Of a stretch of DNA of 64,000 nt, positions 27,072 through 38,288 are shown in pieces. Every line of letters begins with the position of its first letter. The first letter of the stretch is position 1. Position numbers and translations under genes: made by a program. The stretch covers positions 117,614,001 through 117,678,000 of the forward strand of contig OZ024745.1 in assembly GCA_964016885.1 (NCBI GenBank). The letters are read 5' to 3'. Source of the DNA: Eledone cirrhosa. Lineage: Eukaryota. Under the pieces are notes generated by a model that worked only from the letters and a program-made list of their open reading frames with translations, had not been told where the DNA came from and searched no databases.

Positions 27072-27256
27072 TGGGTGGATTGGCAGTATCAGTAGAGGGT
27101 CGGACGCCATGCTTTCCAGCATAGTTACGTCCCTTTACGATCTGAGTTCAAATCCCGCCGAGGTTGACTTTGCCTTTCATCCTTACGGGGTCGATAAAAT
27201 AAAGTACCAGTAATGTACTGGGTAATTGCTGGTCTTGTGCTTAAAGTAGAAACAAT
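27072..27256 (+). mobile_element. Young tRNA-derived SINE (short form), TSD ATTATTTGTGG
   Basis: Near-identical to 19376-19560. Confidence 0.92.
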
Positions 27257-27369
27257 TATTTGTGGACGAGTCTTTCACGGGCTTTCAGGACTCGAAAGCC
27301 ACTTATGTCTGTTCCTTCCTGGCTTTTGAGTCCTGAAAGCCTGTGAAACGCTCGTCCATAAATAATACA

Positions 27370-27720
27370 ATGATGTCTCGTTTCGTTCTTATTTCCACTT
27401 TGGGTTAACTTATTGTATATGTTCAGATGTCGCTTCAATCCACCACCTGACAAACATGACATTGCAACAAAGTTTGAATAGTCTACTTGAACTTTACCAT
27501 CATGTGTTCATTGGTGTTACTTCAAGTCAGCATTCGAAGGGAACACATTAGGGCATGCAGGGCTTTTGAAAACCAACGCTGGATAAGATTCATCGTTATT
27601 ATTGTTGGTCTCTGTTCCAAATGGCATTTCTCCAGGCTTTTCTATCTGCTGCACATGATTAAAGATTTTTTATAATATGTTAAGGCATTTTAAGTTCGCT
27701 TTTAGGGTCTCCGTATCTCC
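27370..27720 (-). mobile_element. Decayed RTE/BovB-like LINE 3' end with zinc-finger remnant
   Basis: Reverse-coded AADRKAWRNAI and CLSGGGLKRHLNI. Confidence 0.6.
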
Positions 27721-27744
27721 TCCTTTGCTTACTATTTAACCTTT

Positions 27745-28640
27745 TGTTAGAGGTGCCTACTGACTAGGTTTCGCTTTGTACTTAGGCAAGGCGGGTCTTC
27801 TGTATTACTGCATAGCACCAAAGATCTCGGTCCAGTGACATTGTCTTGGAGAGGTGTAAGTGTGTGAGGTCGGAATTTATCAAGTCGTCCCAGGTTTTTC
27901 TGGGTCTGCCTACTCCGTGGCTACCGTCTATTTTTATCGCCCTGCACTTTTTTATACGGCTGTCGTCTTTCATGCGCATGATATGACCGTACCAACGTAG
28001 TCTTCTCTCGGGTAAACAACATCTTATTCCTAATTTCTCACTTAGTTCGTTTATGCTTTGCTGTTCACGTATATTACTATTACACATCCAGCGGAGCATG
28101 CAAGCTTTGTTTCTCTCCAGTCTGCGTATATCCTCTGCACACAATGCCCAGGTCTCACTGCCATGTAACATTGCTGTTCGTATGCAGGCATCATACAGCC
28201 TGCCTTTCATTTTTAGAGAGAACAGTTTAGCGGCCAATAGTGGTATAAGCTCTCTGAACTTTTTCCATCCCATTCTGACTCTAGCTACTGTACTTTCAGA
28301 GCACTCTCCCCCACTGCTGATTTTGTCACCCAGGTAACGGAAGGTGTTCACTATTTATATAGAACCATCTGTGCAATGGAATGAGCTAGTATTCTGTGGG
28401 CACTTGCTGCTACTTATTGCACCAGAGCACAGGCCACATATAAAATCTATATTCTTAGTTAGCTTACCTGTGATCCCACTACATCTTTTATGCACCCATA
28501 CTTTGCATTTGGGACATAAAATGGAGTTTCTGCCTACTCCTTTCCTACACACTGAGCATGGCCATTTCCCAGATGGGACCGGTGCCCTATTTTCCTTCCT
28601 ACAAACTAGAACTTTAGTCTTAATTTTCAAAATTTTGAAT
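27745..28640 (-). mobile_element. RTE LINE 3' part with PHD-like Cys cluster after the RT
   Basis: KTKVL..WPCSVCRKGVGRNSILCPKCKVWVHKRCSG..CGLC; FRYLG..WKKFREL..GSETW..LRWYGH..GRPRKTW. Confidence 0.92.
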
Positions 28641-29924
28641 TTCAAATGGGTTGAAAAAATTGTAACTCTTTTGATACCAAACCGCCTGAGACCACCTGGT
28701 TTTATGATACAAAATTCCTCATTTCAAAATGTTTATATTAAAACCTATTATAATTTTGAGAAATTTTTGTTAAGCAATAGGTTACAAGCATCAGCTTACT
28801 AATGAAAAGGTTAGTTATCTTGTTAAATTCTTCAACATTTTTATAATAAATTGATACATATAGGCAGTATATTTCATTAAAATATTGTAATAAAAAGATT
28901 AAATAAAAACAGTGAAGGACCACTGGCCAAGAAATCATTAGTTGATATCCTGACACGCTACAGCGGTGTTGTCCAACATAACCCTCAACTAGTTGAAAAT
29001 TGCTGGTCAATAGCTGGAGAAATACTGTTAAATTAATAAAGGTTTCATTATATTCCTGGTGCAGCTTAAGATTACACTCCACCTGGTCTACTAGAGATAT
29101 GTTTCACCAGCTATAATGAAGCAGGTGACAACTCGCAACTGGGTGAGCGGACAGCAGAAGGATCTTCTGAGGAAGGACACCCACCAAGCAAATATTTTGG
29201 CCCTTGAATTCTCCTGACACTCTAATGGAGCCAGGCCCACCTAAGTCATGACTTCCAGGTGTCTTCCTGGTACTTTTTTGGTGGTCTTGCTTCCCATTCT
29301 TATGGTTTACACTACTCAACCACAAAGATCATCAGTAGGACTAACACTTCACATCTATTTATACCTGAGTTTTATTAAACAATCTATTTTAGCAGCTTGA
29401 TGTATTCTATTTTAACTCCAGTTGCCATTCTTCTTTTACCGTAACTACATTGAGCTATTCTCAGCTGTCTCTGACATGCTTTGATTGTTGTTGTTCTGTT
29501 GATTTGCTGCTGCTGTCTCAGATTGTTGTTGTTCACTTGATTTGGATCAGAGATCAGTGATCAATTGCTATGGCCCACCACAGGTATAAGCTGATGCAAT
29601 GCAGTCATGCACCATTGGGGACAACATCCATTGCCAGAGAAAACTGCTGAACATTACTAAGTGCCTGGATCTCCACCCACCTGAGAATATTGACCCCCCC
29701 TACTGTGAGTTGGTCACAATGCCTGTGGAACATCACATAATTGCAGCTGTCTCATATGTTCTTTTCCAACCTTTGTTTCTGAATTGATCTAGTAGATGGC
29801 ACATGTAAGCTTTGACAAATCCTAGTGTGCCCATTCCCTTTCTAGTCTAAGGAGGTTCTATTCAAGCACAACCTCATCTGACTGGTATACTTGAAGTAAG
29901 TTTTCAGTGTGGGCCTCTATGAGA

Positions 29925-30195
29925 CTCACCATCCTTGTACTATAATTGTCATAGGACCCCTTTGGTCATGATTGACCATGGTTTTGTAATTGGAAAGTTC
30001 TCCTCCAAGGCACAAGCCTGGGCAAAGTGTGTTTGTAGTTGGCCATACATACCAGTCTCCACACCACTGATCTTGTCGTAGGGAAAGGCAATGGCTAATA
30101 CAGCTTGGCACCAGTGACGTCGCAACTTATTTCTACAGCTGAGTAAACTGGAGCAACGTGAAATAAAGTATCTTGCTCAAGGACAGAATGCATTG
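29925..30195 (-). mobile_element. SINE (second family, partial)
   Basis: Homology to 33475-33750 (GACCATGGGATT..GAGGCACAAGTC..GGAGCAACGTGAAATAAAGT.TCTTGCTCAA). Confidence 0.75.
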
Positions 30196-31079
30196 ACATC
30201 ACTACTTCAGTGGTATTTTATTTTATCAACCACAGAACGATGAAAAATAAATGACTGCTGTGTATTTCTATGAGACATTAGTAATGAGTCATGGTACATT
30301 AAATGTGGAATCCTACAAAAACTGAAGTTGTTTATTATCCAATGAATGTGTAATATTAACATGTGCATTCTGAGCTTAAGAATAGGTGCAGTGTATGTCG
30401 TAAGATGCAGTTAAAAAGATTGGCATCTGGAAGGGCATCTAGCTATAAAACAGTTTTAGAAATGTCCATCCAACCCAAGGAAAAGATGTAAAAGCAATGA
30501 TGGATGAAGGTTAGAGGTCATGTGCACTAATAAAGTGGCTGGAGAGTAAAAAGTTTCTGCCAGTATATGCAGGGGAGATAATTGTGCTGGTGTTGCACAT
30601 GTATTGAATGCACTTTATCTTCGGTCAACAGTGACAAAGCAAACCATCTCGTCCATTTTTTTTTTATAGGAAAGAATGTGATTTGAGGACGGCTTGACTG
30701 CTATTTCTAACGAATTGAGTGACTGCGTTAAAACACATTACATTAATTACTGGAAAATTTAAGACATTCTTAATGTATTCTATAATCTCAAGCTGTGGTA
30801 TCTCCTAAATAGAGAGCTAATCATAGCTATCAGAAATATGTACATGGACACCAGGTCCGATCACAAAAGAACCAAACTACCACTGTCTCTCCTGTTCTTC
30901 CCATCTCTCACTATTATGAACAAATGGGGCCCACATGCTGGCTGACCGGTGGAAAGAATGGACATTGCTGATGTTAATTGTAATTAGTGTTTAATTAATT
31001 TTTTTTTTTTTTTTTCTCTTTTATAATTATCAATTTGTATGTGCAAATAGATTCAATTTATTTATTTTTTTTCTTTCAG

Positions 31080-31106
31080 GGTCATATAAACCATATATTG
31101 AGATGA
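31080..31106 (+). CDS. C10orf143: Terminal coding exon (GHINHILR*) of C10orf143-like gene
   Basis: Strong acceptor TTTTTTTTCTTTCAG (AG at 31078-31079), phase 0, completes the CxxCxAGDSGHxxH motif, TGA at 31104-31106. Confidence 0.75.
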   Translation, partial: GHINHILR

Positions 31107-31284
31107 TGTGTTCTGATTATTTGAAGATCTGTAAAAATGCTGACTACAATAACTTTTACTATAAAGGGCTGGTCCTTTGATTGTTTTTAATATTTTATAT
31201 TTTTTTAACTTTTTCATAATTGAATCCTGGAGACAAAATAATTACTGCCGAGCTGTTCTAGTTTCTCTTGCTCTCTCTGATTCC

Positions 31285-31580
31285 CTATCCCACCGAGGTT
31301 AACTTTGCCTTTCATCCTTTCGGGGTCGATAAAATAAAGTACCAGTAATGCTCTGGGATAATTGCTGGCCTTGTGCCAAAAGTAGAAACAATTATTTGAT
31401 TCCCTTTTATTGCCCTCTCCATCTCTCTCTTCCTTCTTAACTGGTCTTTATTGTTTTATATATAGAGCGGTGACTTGGCAGAATTGTTAGAACGTTGGAT
31501 GGAAAGATTTGTCATATTTGTTTTGGTTCTCTGCACACTGGGAGTTCAAATCCTGCCAAGGTCAACTTTGCTCTTCATTC
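31285..31580 (+). mobile_element. Two partial tRNA-derived SINE copies
   Basis: SINE 3' half at 31285-31395 and 5' half at 31467-31580. Confidence 0.8.
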
Positions 31581-32684
31581 TTTATAATGGTTTTCCAGAA
31601 AGAAACCTCAGTTAAATAAAGTACTCAATACATTAGTAGAGAAGCATATTTATTTTATATAGAAATGATTTCTACAGGACTAGAACTGTTTCATTTGTAT
31701 GAAACCATCAGTAATATTTACTCTCATGTTCCAAATAATGGGGGGAGGGTCAGTAATTTTTCTAGGTTGTCTCTTGATTTAAAAAAAAAAAAAAAAATTA
31801 GTCATTTAGTTTACATATTGAGACCCCCAACCGATCTTATTTATTTTATAACATGTGAGATTTCTTATGTTTTTAATGTCTAAAGAAAATTGTCACAGGA
31901 ATGCTACCACTTAAAATAAAATTTCGCCGTAGCAAAATTGAAGAAGCAGGGTTTGCAAAAAGCCTGAAAATTTAATGGGGGGAGGCGTATCCAAGACCCG
32001 AATGTACCCAACTTACATCATTTATCATATTGTAAATATATCTCAATTGTTTGTTTTTTTTTTCTTCATTTTTAGTTTAGTTACAAATGCCATGGCTACA
32101 GTGTTTGGTTCTTATCAAAAACCAAGTTCAAACTTTCGTTGATGTCCTTAACTTTCTGGAATCTCCAGGCATAATAAGTCGCTGATAGTATAACCTCCCC
32201 TTAATACATAATACAGTGTCAAGGGAAGTAATTCATTTCTAGTATGCTGAAGGTTAATTTACTTGGGGAAACAAGAACCACATTTCATTACATCTCCTCT
32301 ATAAATCTGGGAGTTCGTATATGAAAGACCCATTTTATCATTTATTCAAATTAATGGAAGACTTGTGGCTTTTGTCTATTTTTTATTTATTTTATTTTTG
32401 TATTTGTTTTTTTTTTTTTGGAATCAAAATGAAATATACAAATTTTTTACATTTTTATAATAAATTTTACTAGTTGATGCCTATCTTTGAATATTCCAGT
32501 ACTTTCTTATTTACATGCAAAGTGAGAAATATTGTTGTTGATGTTGACCTGTTTATATCAATATACCATAGCAGAGTTTGTTTTGTTTTTCACTTGCTAA
32601 TTAAATAATTTCTAATGGAGGGTGGGGATTCATGTAGGCTAGAGTGGTTTCCCATCGCCTAAATAATACCAGAACTAAAGTATC

Positions 32685-32902
32685 TTTACCATTTACATTA
32701 CTCTATATTTACTATTATATTTTCACAGAAAGGCTTTATCTAAAATAATTATCATACATAATATCAAATCTACAAGATTTTTATATTAATTTTGAGAACA
32801 ATACCTTAACATCAGTATGAGTGGCCGGTTGCGACCAGTTTGAACAGAAAGAGGTGAGAGAGTTCTGGACGGATACGGCCAGTTTAAATGCTAAAGGGTT
32901 AA
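32685..32902. mobile_element. piggyBac-type MITE family 1 (left end damaged)
   Basis: Internal homology; TAAATGCTAAAGGG-TTAA right end. Confidence 0.82.
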
Positions 32903-33045
32903 ATTAACAGTTCTTAATTATGTACTGTTCTGCTGCTCGTTACTTTGATTTGCACTCTATTCCCAACTGGGTGGACTGAGTTAATGTGAGATACTATAAT
33001 AGTAACTACATCAGTCCTATATTTATATATATATATATATAAATG

Positions 33046-33468
33046 TGAAGGCGCATGGCTAGGTGGTTAGAACATTGGGCTTGCAATCGAAAGGTTGCGA
33101 GTTCAATTCTTGGACCGAGTGATGTGTTATTTCCTTGAGCAAGACCCTTTATTTCACATTACTCCAGTTTACTCAGCTGTAGAAATATGATGGGACTGGA
33201 GTCCCTATCATTCCACTGTAAAGTGGTCGTGGAGGTGCCAAGCAAAAAAGCCCCCAGCCCACACTGTAAACTGGACATGTAGGCGCCACTTAAAAAAAGG
33301 AACCAGCACTCACTGTAAATGAGATTGGTGTTAGGAAGGGCATCCAGCTGTAGAAATTGAGCCAGAATCGGTTCCCGTATGAGCAAGACAAGGTCAGCTG
33401 ACCAGACACTGCCCACAACAGGACAACCTGTCTAACCCATGCTAGAGTGGAAGAATGGTGATGATGAT
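33046..33468 (+). mobile_element. Near full-length tRNA-headed SINE with RTE-type tail
   Basis: A box TGGCTAGGTGG, B box GAGTTCAATTC, central CCTTGAGCAAGAC, tail TCTAACCCATGCTAG..GATGATGAT. Confidence 0.85.
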
Positions 33469-33474
33469 ATAGGG

Positions 33475-33750
33475 TAAAAGCCCCCCTTCAATCACCAATG
33501 ACCATGGGATTTGCACCTAAAAAGTTCTCTGAGGCACAAGTCTTGGCACGGTTGTTTATGGAAGACCAGCAGTCACCCATACATACCAGCCACCCCTCTC
33601 CATGCCACCAAGGGAAAGGGAAATACAACTCATTGCTACTGTAAACAGGAGCAACATGAAATAAAATCTTTTGTTCAAAGACAAAATGCATCAACCGGTC
33701 TAAGAATCGAACTCACAACCTCATGATTGCAAGCCCAACACTATACATGC
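33475..33750 (-). mobile_element. tRNA-headed SINE (second family)
   Basis: Reverse B box GAATCGAACTC; homology to 29925-30195. Confidence 0.8.
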
Positions 33751-33911
33751 TTCATATGTATACAGTGTTTGCTTTTTATTCGAAGATGCGTTTAACATGG
33801 TGCGTAATTCAAGTCACATATCTGATGAATAAAAAAAAAATGAAAAACCACACGTATTATTCACACTGAATATTTGATATTTTTTCAAGAGGCGTTAAAG
33901 CGAACAGACTA

Positions 33912-34745
33912 TAATAATAATAATAATGAAATTATTGTGTACAGTGCTCAGGTGCACTACAACTCATCAAAGGTGCATGTATAGTACATAGAATAATGTA
34001 CAAATGTCAGGAAAATAAACAGTGTATGAGTCATGATATAATAACAATAACGAAATATTGTGCACAGTGCCCAGGTGCACCACAACTCATCAAAAAAGTG
34101 CATGTACAGTACATAGGGCAATGCACAAACATCAGTAAAATGAACAGTGCACGAGTCATGATACACACGTGTGCATGTGTATGGAAGGGGTACATCAGGT
34201 GTAGTTTTGGCGTATTTTGGGAAGCATGAGTGTCTTAAAGGATGCAGTGTCTCGGCAGCTAACAATTGACGCAGGCAGTTTGTTCCATGCTTCAGCAACT
34301 CTGAGCGTGAAAAAATGTCTGCGAAAGTCATGGGAGCTGTGCTGTTTTCTTATCTTGTAGGCATGTCCACGTGTGTTAGACACATGGAGATCAAAGAGGC
34401 GCTCAGGGTTGCAGTTGGCGAGATGGTTAAAAACTTTGTGGGTATTCACCAAGTCCATTGCCAGACGTCGGAGCTTCAATGAATCCATGCCCAGGGAAGC
34501 AAGGCGTTCAGAGTATGGTAGGTGTCTGATGGAGGGTATGCGCTTGGTTGCACGTCTCTGAACAGTTTCCAGGAGGTCAATGTTCCGAGCAAAATAGGGG
34601 TTCCAGACTGATGATGCGAATTCCAAGTGTGGTCGCACCAAAGCTGTATACAGTTTTAAATAGATGGCTGGAGAGCGGCTAACAAAGGTCTTGCTGAGTG
34701 ATGCCAAGACACCCTCGGCCTTCTTGACAATCTTAGAGACATGCT
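33912..34745 (-). mobile_element. CR1 LINE 3' fragment (same family as 15245-17848) with duplicated 3' UTR
   Basis: KHVSKIVKKAEG..RPHLEFASSVWNPY..QRRATK..TRGH..RRHFF..WNKLP; (TAA)n on + strand at ~33912-33927. Confidence 0.93.
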
Positions 34746-35209
34746 TACATATATACACACACACATGAAAAGGACTGATGCTAGTGCTGTGAAATCTTGC
34801 GTCCATTAATTTCAACTTTTTATTAATAGCTGCATTGTTTTTTTCCAGGGAACATGTTGAAAAATAAACCTCATTTGGTCATTCCATAAGAGTATCTTGG
34901 TCTGCCTATGAACTGATCAGCCAAACCCCATATATATATATAATGTGTGTATTTTGTTTGTAATCAACAAAAAAAGCAGTCTCGTAGCTATTTTACTTTT
35001 ATTCTTTTAATGCTAAGATTTTGTGGCTAAATAAAATATCAAATATTTTCCTCTCTTGAAAATATTTGAAAACCTATAATACCAAACCATCTGAAACCAC
35101 CCTGGTTTTATGATACAAAACTGATCATTTTAAAGTGTTTATCCTTATACTAAAACATTCCATCATAATTTTATTCCAGAAATTCTTGTTAAATAACATT
35201 CTAAATAAG

Positions 35210-35470
35210 GCAACTAATTGTCAGAGTAATTAGAACATTGGATAGAATGCTTTGTGAGTTCAAATCCCACCAAGGTTAACTTTGACTTTCTTCCTTTCAA
35301 GGTTGATGAAAAAATGTACCAGTCTAGTACTGGGGTTGATTCTACCTCTATATCAGATCTGGAGAGGGATGGGTTCTGCCAGGTTTTAAGTGCTCAGGAA
35401 ATACTGTATGCCTCTACAGCACCCCTACAACTCTATCAGGAGTTATGGAACCATACTACCAACGTTCTAA
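35210..35470 (+). mobile_element. Decayed tRNA-derived SINE (long form)
   Basis: GAGTTCAAATCCCACCAAGGTTAACTTTG core. Confidence 0.75.
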
Positions 35471-35694
35471 ATATCAGCTAACTAATGAAAAACTGAGTTA
35501 TTTCATTAAATTCCTCCAAATGTTGGGTTATTTTCAAAATGAATTCAAGCATATGGATAATGAAAGTGTTAAACCATTGGTGAAACTATGCCAGTCAATC
35601 AAATGTTACATCCTGTGGACATTTAGTAGTTTCATTGACTCCTTCCAATTCATCCAGGATATTTTATTTACATTTGTTAATGTTGATGATCTAC

Positions 35695-36118
35695 AAACTA
35701 TCTTCAATTTGGTGTTAGTGCCAGTCCTTACCTATTGTCATGAATCTTGGGTAATGACTGAAAGAATATGATCGCGAATAAAATAGGTTTCCTTGGAAAG
35801 GTCGTTGGAGTAACATTACTTGATAGAGTGCTTAGCTCGGAGGTCGGTGAGTCACTCTTGGTAGAACTGTGATCTCCAAATTGAGAGATCACAGTTCCAG
35901 TACTATGGGCATGTCAGAATGTCTTGGGGAAAGAATTGTTGGACAGATTTTACAGGCAAAACCAAATGGCAGGAGAGCCAGGCATAGACCCTGAGCAAGA
36001 TGGTTTGATAACATCCATGAGTTTGGTTGGTCCCCTTTGAACTACAATCTGATCAATTAGCGACAGTTGCTTTGGCGAAGCATGCTTGAAGACTTCCAGG
36101 AATATGTGGGTGAAGAAG
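35695..36118 (+). mobile_element. RTE LINE 3' fragment (same family as 11215-12790)
   Basis: TIFNLVLVPVLTYCHESWVMTER; 3' end homologous to 11215-11450. Confidence 0.8.
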
Positions 36119-36119
36119 A

Positions 36120-36325
36120 TTAACCCTTTAGCATTTACATTACTCTATATATACTATTATGTTTTCATGGTAAAGGCTTTACCTCACATAATATCGAATC
36201 TATGAGATTTTGATATTACTTATTTTGAGAACCATACCTTAACATCAGTATGAGTGGCTGGTTACAGCCAGTTTGAACAGAAAGAGTTGAGAGAATTCTG
36301 GCCAGTTTAAATGCTAGAGGGTTAA
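36120..36325. mobile_element. piggyBac-type MITE family 1
   Basis: TTAA-CCCTTTAGCATTTA...TAAATGCTAGAGGG-TTAA. Confidence 0.9.
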
Positions 36326-36770
36326 CATATCTTACACTCTGCCAATCTCAATAATAAAAGTAGCCATTATTACTTGCTTAATATTTACATATGAAAAGGA
36401 AAAAGATTAAATGGCAAATGTAGGGGAAAGTTATAGGATGAAAGAAACAATCGAGATGAAGAATGGTAAAGCCTGGGGACTGTCACAGATAGTCACTGAA
36501 ATACTAAAAGTATTGGGAGAATGGGAGCAGAATTAGTTAACCAGGTAATACCCAATGATTAGTGCACTCTCATTAACTGGTTTCTTGAAGACAGATATTC
36601 CATATTTTTCTGATGAATGAAGACACATAAATATGTCTTCAAGAAACTACTGGTAAATGAAATAATTATCTTATGTTGTTTATTACATAACTAAAAAGCT
36701 CTGTAGCCTACATAGAACACTCTCTTTTCCTTTACCTTTCCTACGGAAATACTTTATTTATATATATATA

Positions 36771-37192
36771 TATAGTGACCCACATTCCGAGGGCTCATGG
36801 ATACATTCTCCGTGCATTGTTTGGCTCAGTTCAGCCAATTGCTGCCAGCGTAGGAGAATGTATCTCAACTTCCGCCCCAGAGGGAAAAATTCCCCGCAGC
36901 AATTCATAAATCTCTCTCTTGCTGCTTGGACTCTGAAAGGTCAACACACACTCATGTAACGGTGAGAATTTCACTTTGGCCTATCGGCCTCCTTAGGCCT
37001 TAGCACAATGCCACATTCACTTCTCAACTCTTAACAATGTTTGTTCCTTACTTTGACATGTCCACTCAACTTAACTCTTTGTAATTAGTTGTAAATAAAA
37101 CATATAAAAATGTTAACAAAGACTTTACGACTAATTCCACAAGCTTTCACTAATCTCACGTTCAACAAAACCACACCTTTCCTGTTACTACA
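36771..37192 (+). mobile_element. Solo LTR
   Basis: T(A/G)TAGTGAC...GTTACTACA inverted termini, AATAAA near 37094; 5' 130 nt homologous to 47860, 48293 and (reverse) 60609. Confidence 0.7.
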
Positions 37193-37217
37193 AATACACA
37201 TCATTATAATTCTTCTT

Positions 37218-37402
37218 GGTGGATTGGCAGAATCGGTAGAGGGTTGGACGCCATGCTTTGACGCATAGAGTTACGGCCCTTGTCATTCTGAGTTCAAATC
37301 CCGCCGAGGTTAACTTTGCCTTTCATCCTGACGGGGTCGATAAAATAAAGTACCAGTAATACACTGGGATAATTGCTGGCCTTGTGCCAAAAGTAGAAAC
37401 AA
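37218..37402 (+). mobile_element. Young tRNA-derived SINE (short form) with long TSD
   Basis: ATTATAATTCTTCTTGGTG at 37203-37221 and 37402-37420. Confidence 0.92.
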
Positions 37403-37699
37403 TTATAATTCTTCTTGGTGATATTATTAGTTTTCTGCTAAATATATATATATATTAGTTTTGCGAGGTTTTTGATATGATATGAAACCGTGTGTCGAAA
37501 CAAATATTGTTATACTTGGGGAGGGTCATATTGTTGTAATAATATTGCCAGAATTAATAACAGAACACACTCATTGTTTGGTTGGTTTTCGTTTCTGTAT
37601 CTTTTATATCAGTTAATTTAATTTATTCGGTCCTCAATGTTACCATTGACTGACCAACGGTCAAAAATACAGATACAATATAGACACAAACACATATAT

Positions 37700-37752
37700 A
37701 TAGTCTAACAAAGTTCTTTCGTTGCACATCTGCAACATCGTCAGTGGTGCTA
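37700..37752 (-). ncRNA. Hammerhead-ribozyme-like motif (type I, minimal)
   Basis: Minus strand ACCA-CUGACGA-U-GUUGCA-gaug-UGCAAC-GAAA-GAACUU-UG. Confidence 0.55.
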
Positions 37753-38240
37753 TTATGTTTCCTCCTGTTGTATTGTATGCCTACGCCATCTTTATTTATT
37801 TATATTGTTTTCTCTGCGCATGCGTTTGCGTGTGTGTTCGTGTTTGGGTGACTGTGTATTGGTTTTTGTATTCTATTTTAGTTTACTAGTGTGTGTTTAT
37901 ATGTGTTTGTTGTTATTGTGCTTGTGTATGTATTTATTTATTTATTTATACTTCTCTTGGGTCAGTATTGTTTGTTTGGGTGTTGTTGCATATATATATA
38001 TTTGTTTTGTGATGTTTTTAATATGAAATCGTGTGTCGAAACAAATATTGTTATACTTGGGGAGGGTCATATTGTTGTAATAATATTGCCAGAAATAATA
38101 ACAGAACACACTCACTGTTTGGTTGGTTTTCGTTTCTGTATCTTCTATATCTCCACAGTTAATTCACTCAGTCCTCAATGTTTACCATTGACTGACCAAC
38201 GGTCAAAAATACAGATATAAACACATATATAACATATATA

Positions 38241-38288
38241 TAGTCTCACAAAGTTCTTTCGTTGCACATCTGCAACATCATCAGTGGT
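38241..38288 (-). ncRNA. Hammerhead-ribozyme-like motif (type I, minimal)
   Basis: Minus strand ACCA-CUGAUGA-U-GUUGCA-gaug-UGCAAC-GAAA-GAACUU-UG. Confidence 0.55.

Larger units (their letters stand above)
37458..38288 (-). mobile_element. Element bounded by ~285-bp direct repeats (37458-37748, 38004-38288), each carrying a hammerhead-like motif; retrozyme / Penelope-like non-autonomous element
   Basis: Two highly similar repeats around a ~255-bp non-coding spacer, embedded in (AT)n; third diverged copy at ~51760-51900. Confidence 0.65.

Noticed and set aside
29070-29900. Possible decayed retroelement ORF1/gag on the minus strand
   Set aside because: Only faint knuckle-like traces (TCGGP); too degenerate to assign
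30837-30971. Possible alternative terminal exon of the small gene (KYVHGHQ...GHC*)
   Set aside because: Poor polypyrimidine tract, and it does not complete the CxxC..GH motif; 31080 is a much better acceptor
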